Below, in pieces: positions 38,664-47,091 of a DNA stretch of 64,000 nt. This DNA is from Phallusia mammillata. Taxonomy: Eukaryota. The notes below the pieces were generated by a model. The model saw only the letters and a program-made list of their open reading frames with translations. It had not been told where the DNA came from and did no database searches. The stretch is taken from NCBI GenBank assembly GCA_965637545.1, contig OZ281494.1, positions 31,496,001-31,560,000 of the forward strand. The letters run 5' to 3'. Numbering within the stretch: position 1 is the stretch's first letter; every line of letters begins with the position of its first letter. The translations under genes and the position numbers were made by a program.

Positions 38664-41600
38664 ATTTGATAAATATGCATCTTATGCTTCTTAAAATACA
38701 TGTGTAAATAAAATAAGTCATTCAAGACGGTTTAAGCCTTGTAGTAACTAAAATGACTAAATGACAATTCATGCAGAGAGTTCAAGGAAAAATACAGTTA
38801 ACCAGTCTCAAAAGTATATATTCTTGTGTTCAAATCTCGCCCCAGCTAAAGTACACTGCCATAAAGCTTTTTAAACAAAATGTCACATATACGATGTTTA
38901 TCAACAGAAACAGACCGGTTTATGGGAGATTGTGGTTTACGGACGCAAACACGCTCTTCGTCTCAGTACAGAAGTGGAGGAAGATGCGAATATATGGAGT
39001 AGTGAGATACAAGCCATGATAGATGGACAACCACAAATTGTCACCAAGACCAAAGTGCTCATGGACAAAGTTAAGGTAAGTTGAAAAGACTTTGTTTCTA
39101 ATACAAAACAATTTCATATCTGGTTAAAAGATTTAAAAATTTGCCAGGACCTCCGTGTTTTTTCGTCGACGAATGACAGCCATAAGTTTAAAAATGCAAA
39201 TATCCGTTACACTTCCGTTAAGAAGATTCAAATAAAAAAACATATTAGGCTGGAAAACGAATATGAACCACATTTACTACTCGCTATTGTGTACTGCTAA
39301 GCATAAAAAGAGCACGTTGAAAATTATATAAATTTTAATATTTCAAAAATTACTTTCAAGCAAGAATATAGAGTAGAAATTAAACCTGGTTTGCAAATTC
39401 TCTTTTTGCAGAATGCCCACGACAGTGAAAAGGAGATTGACCTGATTTACAAGAGGAATCCAATTTTCCGTCAAACCAATCAACCTTTAAGATCTCCGTT
39501 GTTATCACTGCCATATGAACAGGTAATCATTTATACCCTATTTATGTATTTATTGATGCCCATTGCTAGAGCGCCAGCCCCAGTGAAGCTGTCATGGATT
39601 CGAATCTCGCCGCTTGCCAGAATTTTCTACCCATGTCTTGCCATATGTAGGGATGCTTAAGAGGCCGGATTCGGTATAAAGCCTCTAATAGACCTAGAGA
39701 CTGTGTTTTAAATCCTGGTGTGTCGTTATAGCTAGTTAGCATTGGCGATTTAGGGCTGATCCCAGTTTTGAACATAGATTCATAATCTATTTGTTGAAAA
39801 CTTTTGCAGTTGTGGCTCATATGTCAAAATTTAAAAATTATTCTTTTCAAAATTTTAGGCTGTAGATTTTGCTCCCCAATTTTTTAATTGGTCTACTCGC
39901 AGGTGCCCTCGCGTGACGACCATTACACGTTACGTGATGAGGCGGTTCGAATCTTCAACGTTTTGCTGCAGATGGAAGAACAGACCTTCGGTAACATGCG
40001 AGAGGAGGCTCAGGCGCTGCAGGTAAACGCTTGATATTTTTGCATAAGTTTGCCCGTGTTTTGCCGATGATATTATCTCACCACGGTGAAAGGAGTAAAT
40101 GTTTTAACGATTCCTATGGCCTTTCTTGGGTGAAACAGAAGCGGTGTGACTTACATTGGTCAGCTTTTTTTTTAAAATCAGCCTTATTACTTATAGTGCA
40201 AGGACAAAAAACGAATGTAAAAGGTAGATCTACTAACACCACAACTCACTTGAGCCCAACATTTACTTAAATATCGCGATAGGTGGCGTAATGTGACAGC
40301 TAGAGAGGTGTTAGGGGAAACAAGTTTTTAAAAATTTTGCATTAGGAACTAAGTTTTAAAGTTGGTTTTATTGAATTTTAATTATAATACCCTACCTAAC
40401 CCAAATAGCCCTAACTGTCAGCATTTTTGAAGATATCGAAATTTAGCTAAATGCGTGGCTTATGTGTGGTATGGTGTTTGTAGATTTAAAAAAAAATATA
40501 TAAAATATTCAAAATATTCTGCTAACCACCCACAAAAGCTGCATGTCAGTGTTTATCAAGATTTAAAGTAAGATAAGTTCACTGTTTTATGTAAAAAATA
40601 GAAACAATAATTTCTGTACATCTTTGCATTCTTTGTATTCATATAATATGTACCATTCGGTTGCAGGCAATTCTAAGGGCATGTCATGGTTCCAAGCTGT
40701 TCCAGGACGAGCTATATCTGCAGCTGATAAAGCAGACAGCAGTTTACACTCTACAACTAACCACAGAGGAACAGATGGGCGATCAGCTACATGTTACTTC
40801 ATGTCCACATTATTGGCATCTGATAGCTTGTATGTGTTGCGCATATCATCCATCTAGGCCTGTTATGGCTTATTTGAAAACACATCTTGCCAGGTGAGTG
40901 TGTTGTTACGAATATTGATTTTCCGCAGTTAGTACAAATCTTATAGTTAATGTGGTGATCATTTTTAGGTTAGGGGTTTTGTTACTATTTTTGGTTTTGG
41001 GTATATTAACTATAAAATGATACCTTAACAAAAAAAAATCCGTACTGCAAAGAATCCGATTCAATTTTAAATATTTTGTTCTGTACTACCAAAGCCACAT
41101 GGAGCGCGTTTGTTCCAGAAATAAGGAAAGCAATTGCCAACAGAAAAATTCTAGTTAACTCTGCAAATGTCAACAAACAATATGCTACCATAAGCTCATA
41201 TTGGCATGAATATATTCTATTAGAATAAAAGGCCCTATGAAAACCACCACTATTTGTAGGATACATTGCAAACACTACATTTATTATGGGTCCTCTTCGC
41301 TGAAAGGACCCATTCGTTTCTTCTTGCCTAAAAATCATGTTCTTAAATGCCTTACAAAAAAACGGGACCCAATAAAAATAAAAAAGTTGCAAATACATGT
41401 CCGTTATATGGTTAGTATATGTGGTTATTCGTTATACAGCGTGTGATATATGATATATATCAGTGGTTCCCAACCGGGGAGGAATTTTATGAGTTCAGGG
41501 GAGGAATTTCATAAAAACTGCAAAAAAATACATTGGATATGTTACAGAATATTTTTGTGTATACATTATTATGTCCATTATAATTTGGACCCGGTTCACA

Positions 41601-44600
41601 TTTGGTAAAGGATTCTGAATGGACATCCCTAATTATAAGGTCTATTTCAAATTGCTTTAATTTTTTATGTTATATTTGATTTTCGTCGTATGGGGAGGAA
41701 TGAATAGTTCGAAAATGGGCGAAGGGAGGAATGTAACAAAAAAGGTTGGGAACCACTGATATATATGATAGGAAAACGTCTTTTTGGTTGTACATTAGGT
41801 TAATGCAAGTTCGGCTTTTGCAAATTTATGAAACCTTTATTTTTTTTCAGGGTCCAAGAACGTTTTCCAGAAACTCTCGGTGCCGCTTATGCTGAGTTTG
41901 GCGAAAACGCGCTGAGTCAGCAGACGTCACGACGGCGTGAAATGGTTCCATCGATTGCCGAGATTTGCGCAGTGCTCGAAATGAGGGACCTGGTCACTGT
42001 GATAAACTGCTACGGTGGAGCGACCTGCGATATTTACATTAATTCTTTTACCACAGCCGGCAAGGTACGAAAACATGGCTGAAATGTATTGAGAATTTGC
42101 AAATATCTTACGTAGCGCGCAGGCCAATACTGATTTTTTTAACAATTGAATTAAAAAACACATCGTGGATTTAAAAATTACTTGCATTTTTTTAAACGTT
42201 GAAAAAAGAATACCTGAATGGATATGTTTATAAATCATAAAAAAATGTTTTACGCGGCGATGAGGACTGGTTTTAGTAACAAACTTAAAATTAAGTGTTA
42301 GCTTTGCCTTGTACATCTGTATTTTGTCAACAAGTTCTAAATTTTAAACTTTAAAACTCTTAAACATCACATGAGAGTTGCAATCTGCGAAATAAACGAT
42401 TTGCAAAGCGCGTTGAATATTTTAACAGTTTTAAATGCATGTTAAAATTTAACAGAATTACCACATTTCCGTCCAAAATTATGATGTTTTAAATATGTCA
42501 CGCATTTTGATTCAGGTTGTCCAGAAATTGCGGCATGGAATGCATGTTGAAGGAAACAGAAATACTTTCGCTTTGTTCGAACACAGAGGACAAGTCGACA
42601 GAGCGATAGAACCAAGCACTTACCTCGCTGATGTTGTGGCCAAGTTTGAACAGTAAGTTTCGTTTCATTTCTACAGCTTTGTAGCTTGGATTCAACCAGT
42701 CAAATTTTGTAGCTAAGACATGTGGGAATTAAATGGATCGTTTGCATGAAATGCAGTGGTCGAAAATGAAATTTGTATTGCCTATTACAGACCAATCCTG
42801 ATAATGACATACCAGTCTATCGCATAATTTGTTTAATTGTATAGGGATGCTAAAACTGCTAGAAAAATCATCTGCTCAATCGCGAACTCTGTTTAATGGC
42901 AAAATAAGATTGGCAAATTGGTCATCGATAAACGAAAAAAAATGACAAAGTCTTAATTGTGCGAATTATGACACTTTTAAATACACGTTGCAAATTTTAT
43001 TGTTAAAAAGAGGACGGGATTCAAATTTTGTTCAAATACTTTTAAAAATTGATCTTTAGGCTACACACCACTAAATTATGTATAGAATCCCATACTTTTG
43101 TCACCACTATATTAAATTTCATTAAAAACAACAATAAACAAACATGCTTATTGGTGAACAGAATGAACTTGGAGCTTCAAGCGAGTCCAGATAACGGAGG
43201 AAAAGAGTCGGAATGGGTTTTCTACTTCAAACTCTACTGTGTGTTTGATCCGATCGACTCACAGGAAGACTCCATCGAATATCACTTTGTGTATGAAGAT
43301 GTAAGTTTTCTAATTTTCTAAAATTTCACAATGAACCTGTAACCGTTTAAAAGTGTAGTCACATCAGTTTTGCCAGAAAACTCTATTGGGGTGCAAATTA
43401 AGTTTTTTTTTGCATTGGTATTATATTAGGCTTGTGAAAATAGGTAGTTATTAAGTAGGTGTGAAAATAGATTGCTATTAAGAAAATGCAGATAACACTG
43501 ATGGATTTTTAGTTTTTGAAATCGATTTTTTTAACATTTTAGGTCCATGAGCAAGTTATTCAGGGACTTTACCCTGCTTCTGATGACGTATTGCGGGATT
43601 TTGCTGCACTCAGATTACAGTTTGCCGAAGGAAATTATCACCAAATTAATATCGAGTAAGTTTTATAGTTGTTAATAAACACCAAATCAAAATCAAAAAT
43701 GTAACTTTGCAAGGTAAATAGTTTTAGATTTACAAAATAAATCGTCTTTACATGAAATATGCAAACTTTTCTTGCGTTTATGACTTGTCAGATTTGGGTG
43801 CTACTATTAAGAATCCCAAATCCTGAATATTTGTGCCTGCCGGGCTGCAGTATTGTAATAAATTAATAGTGCAATAAATGCTACGTAAATTGCGTAACCT
43901 AAACCCAGTGGTTCCCAAACTTTTTTGTTGCGACGCCTGTGGAAAAGTTTTATGGACTTGCGACGCACCAGCAAATTTAATTAATGACAAAACTTGTTAT
44001 TAAAGTTGTGTTTATTGATACAACAACAAAAAGCCACGAAACGGAACTATTCTGCGACGCCCTTGGAAAATTGAAACGACGCACCAGGCCGTCTCGACGC
44101 ACAGTTTGAGAACTACTGCCTTAACCCTTAAACACTAACGTCACTGACAGACATGAAAACATAGTAAAAAATTTTTGGTTTTAACAATATTTTGTGTTTT
44201 TACGTTGTAGCACTGAGATTGGCAAGTATTATCCGCTTAACAAGCTTCTTTCGGCTTACGATATAACACACGAGAATGAGGATTTCTACTTCAAGAGGAC
44301 CGACTCATTTGGAGATGCAAATGCAAATGCAACACCATCCAAAAAGCGTTCAGTAAGTAGAACAGATCGCATACGCCCGAAATTTTTTTCTATTCTAATT
44401 TCTAATCTAGTGTGTATCCTGTTTGGTGTATTCATTTAATATTTCACTGAGATTTATAGAAATGTCTACTTTGACAGATTATGCAACTAAATCGAACAGT
44501 TATTCCTACAATCTTCTCTGTACATTATCTACAATCTTTCATACGTTTTATGCAATTTTCCATTTTTCCTACAAGTCTCATGTAAGGTTTCAGCAGATTT

Positions 44601-47091
44601 AAAGGTCCACCTATAAGCTATTCCCTACAACTAATAAAATATTGTACAGAACAAACAGGTCACAAAGTTTGTAAACGTTATGAGTACGTATAAATATAAA
44701 ATTTGATCAGACCAGGAAGTGATGACCCCCTTAGATCTAAAAACCCATTTCTCTAAAAAATATACACTATCTATCTATTATTATTATCCAGCATACATTT
44801 CCTACCATGTTGCATAACTTAAACATATTTTACAATCTCTCATTCGTTGTCCATAAACTTATACATACCTTGTTTTGTTGTAGGGTCTATGTTTCATTTT
44901 CCTCCTATTTGCATTTTTATTTGCTACTTGTCATGTGATAATTCATGATTATTTTTTTCCCAGGGTTCGAGTCTCTTCAACACATTCCGTAAGAGAGGAA
45001 TGAAGAAAGTTAAAGAAGAAGCAGAAAGCGACGACATGAAGAGGACTCTCTTTCTGGAGGAGTTGCAAGATGTAAAATCCAATGTCCTGGATCGCTGGAG
45101 AAGATTAAAAGGGATGCATGCTGAAGAAGCAGTGGTAAGACTTGCTGAAATTTGGACTAAACATAGCATACTAAACTTTCGGTTGTGGGTTGTAAAAACG
45201 AGGAAATTTTCAATTTTTGATAGAAAGTATGGTGTCACACAAAAGCATTTTTTCAGAAGTTAAATACATAACCTTGTCCTAAAAAGTGTATAAAACACTT
45301 AACTACTTTGAAAACTTTTCTTTACAATTTTGAATCAGTCTTCAGCTGCAAATTTTGTGTAGCTTCCTTACAATGCTGTTGTGAATTGTTTTATCTATAA
45401 GACCTCATTAGTGCAGTTGGTGACAAGACATTGGCCCTATAAGCTAGTATAGCTTTGCAGCCCTTCAGTTTGTTGGGAGTAACAGGCTTAAAATCCATGC
45501 TTAGCCAAATTTCGTGGGTGCCACAACTGAGCTTTAACCACAGCGGAGTTTAAAGTTGTAACATGTAGATTTTAGACCAGTGGTTCTCAAACTCGGTTTT
45601 CGGGGCCGCATGCGGCTCCCAACCACTTATTTTGCGGATCGCACCAGACCTCAGAAAACCACCAAACATTGCTATTTTAGTTTTAAAGTAATAATCTGTA
45701 GTGATTTTCTCCAGTGTTCGTTTTTTTGGCCGCTCCCAACACACTAAAAAAATACCATTTGGCCCCGACAATAAACAAGTTTGAGAACCACTGTTTTAGA
45801 CCATATATAAATACCGTTAAAAACTTACAACTTGTCGGTTTAAACTGAGTTTTTAAACAATAACGGCCCAAATAGACGTAAAAGAGACATGCTTAAACGG
45901 GTGTAACTAATGTGGCCCTTTATATCGCTGATGACTTGAGCATTTGCCGAAACGGTTGGACAATAAAGCATGTCGCTTTTTACGTCTATTTGGGCCGTTA
46001 TTTTCGTCATTAAACTTATAAACAGATCTCTATATAGTGTTCCACACATACTTTATTTTATCCCTTTCGTTGATTTACTTAATAAACTTGTTTTAGGTGG
46101 AATACGTCAACTTAGCCCGGCGTTGGCCCGGATACGGATCTTACCTTTTCAAAGTTGAAAACCATGACGCACAGTTCGGCCAAACCCTCCTATCTCTGGC
46201 CGTTTCCGCACAAGGAGCTACTGTGTTTAAACGAGGTCATCCACAGTCGTTGGATCATTTCTCCTACGAAAAGTAATGCTCCTAATTATAATGAGTTATT
46301 TTTTCTGTTAATGTTTTTACCAAGTACTATTAAAATATAACAGTGACACATGAAGTGGGCCCCGGCTCTCCCCTGGGGGCGTTTGCAATATCCAATGAAC
46401 AGAGGCGAAAAATGGGTAATAAATCTCGACAGTCATTCATAAGATAAACCGGAGTACAACGATAAATGAAATTTGGTCATATATGTCTTTTTTGTCTAAT
46501 ATAAGCAATTTGAAAAAAGTATTTAGATTTTTTTTGGTAAGATACTGAAGATGCCTATAGGTGAAATATGTGTATAAAACGGTGGATGACGTCCGCTAGT
46601 ATATGCGACTGTTCTCTCCAACCTTATACTGTGTCTCTGGTGACTTGTGATTAGATAATACACATAGTTCATATTTGGTGAAATGTTTTAGTACTATTGA
46701 CTACTTTTAACATGTAATCCGAAGTTTTTACACCGCTGGCGTGCATCAACCTCACACATTATCGTATTTTGATATGACGGAAGGCGTTTTTACATCAGCA
46801 AGCTGTTGCAACAGCCAGACAGAAAAAAGTTTAAGAAGCACTAAAATAGACACAGGAAAGAGGAAAAAAAACAAATACAGCAGTTTTTAATTTCCAATGT
46901 CGCAAACTGAAAAACAATCCTAAGTTTTCTATCTTTATTTCAGAATTCAATCTTTCGGTGCGAGCACTGCCAACGTTTTCCGCCTACAAACCGAATCTCG
47001 TGGAGACATCTCTTTCACAGCCGAGCAAGTCAACGAAATTGTGAAACTCATGCGCGCCTATGTCAATGCATTGTATCGACGAAAACATTGA
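5452..47091 (+). CDS. MYO10: Unconventional myosin-X (whole gene, 47 coding exons, about 2061 aa)
   Basis: All 47 AG/GT-bounded exons join in frame (6186 nt including stop). P-loop GESGAGKT, switch [10 protein letters not shown], switch [12 protein letters not shown] motifs, SAH, split-PH/PH/PH, MyTH4 and FERM appear in the class-X order. Confidence 0.96.
6138..6245 (+). CDS. MYO10: Myosin-X exon 2 (SH3-like)
   Basis: GGRVWLVNG...[13 protein letters not shown] bounded. Confidence 0.9.
7348..7643. mobile_element. Mutator (MULE)-type MITE
   Basis: About 53-bp near-perfect TIR starting GGTAGAGCTAC; perfect 9-bp TSD CAGGCAAAT. Confidence 0.85.
8488..8836. mobile_element. hAT (Buster/Charlie-type) MITE
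   Basis: CAGTGTTTCTTAACC...GGTTAAGAACCATCTA; 8-bp TSD CCTTAAAC. Confidence 0.75.
9002..9160 (+). CDS. MYO10: Myosin-X exon 3
   Basis: [30 protein letters not shown]. Confidence 0.93.
11263..11450 (+). CDS. MYO10: Myosin-X exon 4
   Basis: [14 protein letters not shown]...PPHVYAI...NQCVLIS. Confidence 0.95.
12003..12311. mobile_element. Older hAT MITE
   Basis: CAATGGTTCTCAACT...AGTTGAGAACCACTG; TSD not conserved. Confidence 0.6.
12575..12870. repeat. Tandem duplication, period about 150 bp
   Basis: TTC(G/A)GCAAAATTCTC...AACTAAAAAT(A/G)CAACTTT occurs twice. Confidence 0.75.
14353..14484 (+). mobile_element. Foldback element with internal hammerhead-like motif, copy A
   Basis: Inverted arms (...ACGGCCCAAATAG / CTATTTAGGCCGTTATTTTCC) enclose ATCA-CTTCTGA-T-GGCA-8 nt-TGCC-GAAA-C-GTT-TGAT. 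Confidence 0.7.
15668..15754 (+). CDS. MYO10: Myosin-X exon 5 (P-loop)
   Basis: [15 protein letters not shown]. Confidence 0.95.
15898..16015. repeat. Tandem duplication, period 59 bp
   Basis: AGTGTT(G/T)AAATGTCCTTTA(G/A)GCTTCCTTAAGT occurs twice. Confidence 0.85.
16070..16245 (+). CDS. MYO10: Myosin-X exon 6 (switch I)
   Basis: [30 protein letters not shown]; donor is GTATCCTT. Confidence 0.95.
16246..16542 (+). other. U12-type (minor spliceosome) GT-AG intron in MYO10
   Basis: 5' site GTATCCTTC; branch-site-like TTTCCTTTAC at 16502-16511; no strong polypyrimidine tract. Confidence 0.8.
16543..16556 (+). CDS. MYO10: Myosin-X exon 7 (14-nt microexon, YLLEK)
   Basis: AG|ATCTACTAGAAAAG|GTTAGT supplies the invariant myosin YLLEK and fixes the frame between exons 6 and 8. 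Confidence 0.92.
16834..16918 (+). CDS. MYO10: Myosin-X exon 8
   Basis: [19 protein letters not shown]. Confidence 0.95.
17489..17592 (+). CDS. MYO10: Myosin-X exon 9
   Basis: [17 protein letters not shown]. Confidence 0.94.
18378..18547. mobile_element. Tc1/pogo-type MITE
   Basis: TIR AGTAAACTTCGGTTAATCCGG / CCGGATTAATCGAGATTTACTG, TA-flanked; inverted copy at 31329-31485. Confidence 0.72.
18947..18984 (-). ncRNA. Near-intact hammerhead motif
   Basis: Minus strand: AAAA-CTGAAGA-T-GCT-AGTCA-GGC-GAAA-TGTTTA-TTTT; stem III weakened. Confidence 0.5.
19118..19160 (-). ncRNA. Hammerhead motif with G12A core change
   Basis: Minus strand: ATC-CTGATGA-ATGC-GTCCC-GTAT-GGGAC-ATC-AAAA-C-GTC-GGT. Confidence 0.65.
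19295..19460 (-). mobile_element. tRNA-derived SINE
   Basis: B-box GGTTCGAATCCC; body ends ...GGGCCTGGCATACC...TGATCA. Confidence 0.75.
19512..19641 (+). CDS. MYO10: Myosin-X exon 10
   Basis: [22 protein letters not shown]. Confidence 0.94.
21250..21372 (-). mobile_element. Same foldback/hammerhead family, copy B (one arm)
   Basis: Minus strand: CTAATGA-T-GGCA-TGAGCATT-TGCC-GAAA-C-GTT followed by the family arm. Confidence 0.7.
21644..21762 (+). CDS. MYO10: Myosin-X exon 11
   Basis: [29 protein letters not shown]. Confidence 0.94.
22729..22875 (+). CDS. MYO10: Myosin-X exon 12 (switch II)
   Basis: [17 protein letters not shown]...[12 protein letters not shown]. Confidence 0.95.
23115..23215 (+). 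CDS. MYO10: Myosin-X exon 13
   Basis: [31 protein letters not shown]. Confidence 0.95.
23642..23801 (+). CDS. MYO10: Myosin-X exon 14
   Basis: [22 protein letters not shown]...[10 protein letters not shown]. Confidence 0.95.
23912..23951 (+). ncRNA. Degenerate hammerhead motif
   Basis: TGCA-CTGATGA-TGGTT...AATGAT-TAAA-C-GTC-TGCG; G12 lost and stem II mismatched. Confidence 0.5.
24811..24984. mobile_element. hAT MITE, CAGTGGTGGGATTC family
   Basis: TIR CAGTGGTGG; similar over its length to 27717-27900; TSD 6/8 match. Confidence 0.8.
25114..25182 (+). CDS. MYO10: Myosin-X exon 15
   Basis: [20 protein letters not shown]. Confidence 0.95.
25580..25662 (+). CDS. MYO10: Myosin-X exon 16
   Basis: [20 protein letters not shown]. 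Confidence 0.95.
25959..26064 (+). CDS. MYO10: Myosin-X exon 17 (loop 2)
   Basis: CDLIYDMFE...VTASGHFK. Confidence 0.92.
26153..26233 (+). CDS. MYO10: Myosin-X exon 18
   Basis: [23 protein letters not shown]. Confidence 0.95.
26339..26519. mobile_element. Foldback MITE with about 54-bp inverted arms
   Basis: TTCAAAAACTAAAATTATCAACTATGACGTCACAAAAGCATGAC... and its near-perfect reverse complement. Confidence 0.75.
26681..26805 (+). CDS. MYO10: Myosin-X exon 19
   Basis: [25 protein letters not shown]; weak donor GTCCTT. Confidence 0.93.
27419..27530 (+). CDS. MYO10: Myosin-X exon 20 (converter)
   Basis: YGMICAL...NWRLGHTK. Confidence 0.93.
27717..27900. mobile_element. hAT MITE, CAGTGGTGGGATTC family
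   Basis: Perfect 8-bp TSD ACTAGAGT. Confidence 0.85.
28050..28211 (+). CDS. MYO10: Myosin-X exon 21 (IQ1, start of IQ2)
   Basis: AFVKE...[16 protein letters not shown]...HAQRFVR. Confidence 0.92.
28958..29155 (+). CDS. MYO10: Myosin-X exon 22 (end of IQ2, IQ3, IQ4)
   Basis: GFVARRKF...[14 protein letters not shown]...[15 protein letters not shown]. Confidence 0.92.
29579..29656 (+). CDS. MYO10: Myosin-X exon 23 (SAH)
   Basis: [26 protein letters not shown]. Confidence 0.88.
29752..29826 (+). CDS. MYO10: Myosin-X exon 24 (SAH)
   Basis: [25 protein letters not shown]. Confidence 0.88.
30145..30291 (+). CDS. MYO10: Myosin-X exon 25 (proline-rich insert)
   Basis: [13 protein letters not shown]...[13 protein letters not shown]...DGEH; phase 0/0. 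Confidence 0.82.
30875..31105 (+). CDS. MYO10: Myosin-X exon 26 (coiled coil)
   Basis: ...[21 protein letters not shown]...; the 3' boundary could be 31102 or 31105. Confidence 0.82.
31329..31485. mobile_element. Tc1/pogo-type MITE (inverted copy of 18378-18547)
   Basis: Shares ACAAAACTTGAGGTACAAATGATT; TIR CAGTAAACC...GGTTTACTG. Confidence 0.72.
31561..32178 (+). mobile_element. Internally deleted Buster/Charlie/SPIN-type hAT transposon with BED zinc-finger fragment
   Basis: TIR CAGTGGTTCT(C/T)AAA, perfect TSD AATTAAAT; 31910-32011 reads [34 protein letters not shown]. Confidence 0.88.
32353..32448 (+). CDS. MYO10: Myosin-X exon 27 (acidic region)
   Basis: [20 protein letters not shown]; phase 0/0. 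Confidence 0.8.
33258..33344 (+). CDS. MYO10: Myosin-X exon 28
   Basis: [15 protein letters not shown]; phase 0/0. Confidence 0.8.
33743..33830 (+). CDS. MYO10: Myosin-X exon 29
   Basis: [10 protein letters not shown]...SDMDD; phase 0/1. Confidence 0.8.
34047..34498. mobile_element. Degenerate hAT MITE
   Basis: CCTGGGTCACCAAAC...GTTTTGTGACCCCTG with GCGGGCCG subterminal motifs; no TSD. Confidence 0.5.
34581..34730 (+). mobile_element. tRNA-derived SINE (full head)
   Basis: A-box-like GCTGAGTTGGTAGA, B-box GGTTCGAACTC, tail TGGCGTACGATGATCA. Confidence 0.7.
34795..34928 (+). CDS. MYO10: Myosin-X exon 30 (PEST, start of PH1)
   Basis: [12 protein letters not shown]...[10 protein letters not shown]. 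Confidence 0.9.
35088..35214 (+). mobile_element. tRNA-derived SINE
   Basis: GGGTTCGAATCCCACCGCAGGCTAGATTTTT; same family. Confidence 0.75.
35282..35451 (+). CDS. MYO10: Myosin-X exon 31 (PH1N/PH2)
   Basis: [14 protein letters not shown]...[16 protein letters not shown]. Confidence 0.94.
36258..36385 (-). mobile_element. tRNA-derived SINE (head and body)
   Basis: Minus strand GTAGCTTAGTTGATAGAG...GGGTCGAATCCCACC. Confidence 0.72.
36478..36551 (-). mobile_element. 5'-truncated SINE tail flanked by a 14-bp direct repeat
   Basis: TACTCAGTTATTGA at 36478 and 36538 flanks 46 bp of SINE 3' end. Confidence 0.7.
36567..36770 (+). CDS. MYO10: Myosin-X exon 32 (PH2)
   Basis: [15 protein letters not shown]...[11 protein letters not shown]. 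Confidence 0.94.
36775..37170. repeat. (TG)n microsatellites in a TG-rich low-complexity tract
   Basis: Pure GT runs near 36849-36866 and 37042-37068 within about 400 bp of TG/TTTG-rich sequence. Confidence 0.9.
37266..37399 (+). CDS. MYO10: Myosin-X exon 33
   Basis: [20 protein letters not shown]. Confidence 0.92.
37720..37850 (+). CDS. MYO10: Myosin-X exon 34 (PH1C)
   Basis: [30 protein letters not shown]. Confidence 0.94.
37992..38195 (+). CDS. MYO10: Myosin-X exon 35 (PH3)
   Basis: QGWMLKT...RRWFVL...[12 protein letters not shown]. Confidence 0.94.
38610..38665. repeat. (AAAT)14 microsatellite
   Basis: Perfect tetranucleotide run. Confidence 0.95.
38908..39075 (+). CDS. MYO10: Myosin-X exon 36
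   Basis: [17 protein letters not shown]...WSSEIQ. Confidence 0.94.
39412..39522 (+). CDS. MYO10: Myosin-X exon 37
   Basis: [24 protein letters not shown]. Confidence 0.94.
39565..39694 (+). mobile_element. tRNA-derived SINE (diverged)
   Basis: GGATTCGAATCTC...CTTGCCATATG...GATTCGGTATAAAGCC. Confidence 0.68.
39903..40022 (+). CDS. MYO10: Myosin-X exon 38 (MyTH4)
   Basis: [18 protein letters not shown]. Confidence 0.92.
40223..40487. mobile_element. Diverged relative of the 7348 MULE MITE
   Basis: Starts GGTAGATCTACTAACACC; interior is the reverse complement of 7400-7610 (CGATAGGTGGCGTAA etc.). Confidence 0.65.
40667..40893 (+). CDS. MYO10: Myosin-X exon 39 (MyTH4)
   Basis: [13 protein letters not shown]...[14 protein letters not shown]. 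Confidence 0.94.
41461..41758. mobile_element. hAT MITE
   Basis: CAGTGGTTCCCAACC...GGTTGGGAACCACTG; TSD ATATATAT. Confidence 0.85.
41851..42064 (+). CDS. MYO10: Myosin-X exon 40 (MyTH4/FERM)
   Basis: [11 protein letters not shown]...INSFTTAG. Confidence 0.94.
42516..42652 (+). CDS. MYO10: Myosin-X exon 41 (FERM)
   Basis: RNTFALFE...ADVVAKFE. Confidence 0.94.
43162..43300 (+). CDS. MYO10: Myosin-X exon 42 (FERM)
   Basis: [12 protein letters not shown]...[10 protein letters not shown]. Confidence 0.94.
43543..43655 (+). CDS. MYO10: Myosin-X exon 43 (FERM)
   Basis: [10 protein letters not shown]...AALRLQF. Confidence 0.94.
43906..44118. mobile_element. hAT MITE
   Basis: CAGTGGTTCCCAAAC...GTTTGAGAACTACTG; TSD CCTAAACC/CCTTAACC; internal GCGACGC repeats. 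Confidence 0.8.
44211..44352 (+). CDS. MYO10: Myosin-X exon 44
   Basis: YYPLNKLL...TPSKKRS. Confidence 0.88.
44964..45134 (+). CDS. MYO10: Myosin-X exon 45
   Basis: [18 protein letters not shown]. Confidence 0.92.
45578..45793. mobile_element. hAT MITE
   Basis: CAGTGGTTCTCAAAC...GTTTGAGAACCACTG; perfect TSD TTTTAGAC. Confidence 0.87.
45859..46013 (+). mobile_element. Same foldback/hammerhead family, copy C
   Basis: About 35-40-bp near-perfect inverted arms AATAACGGCCCAAATAGACGTAAAA...GCATGTCGCTTTTTACGTCTATTTGGGCCGTTATT around CTGATGA...TGCC-GAAAC. Confidence 0.75.
46097..46272 (+). CDS. MYO10: Myosin-X exon 46
   Basis: [12 protein letters not shown]...FSYE. Confidence 0.94.
46542..46575 (+). 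ncRNA. Degenerate hammerhead motif
   Basis: ATA-CTGAAGA-T-GCC-TATA-GGT-GAAA-TAT-GTG-TAT; cleavage triplet has H=G. Confidence 0.45.
46944..47091 (+). CDS. MYO10: Myosin-X exon 47 (terminal)
   Basis: IQSFGA...[17 protein letters not shown]. Confidence 0.94.
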
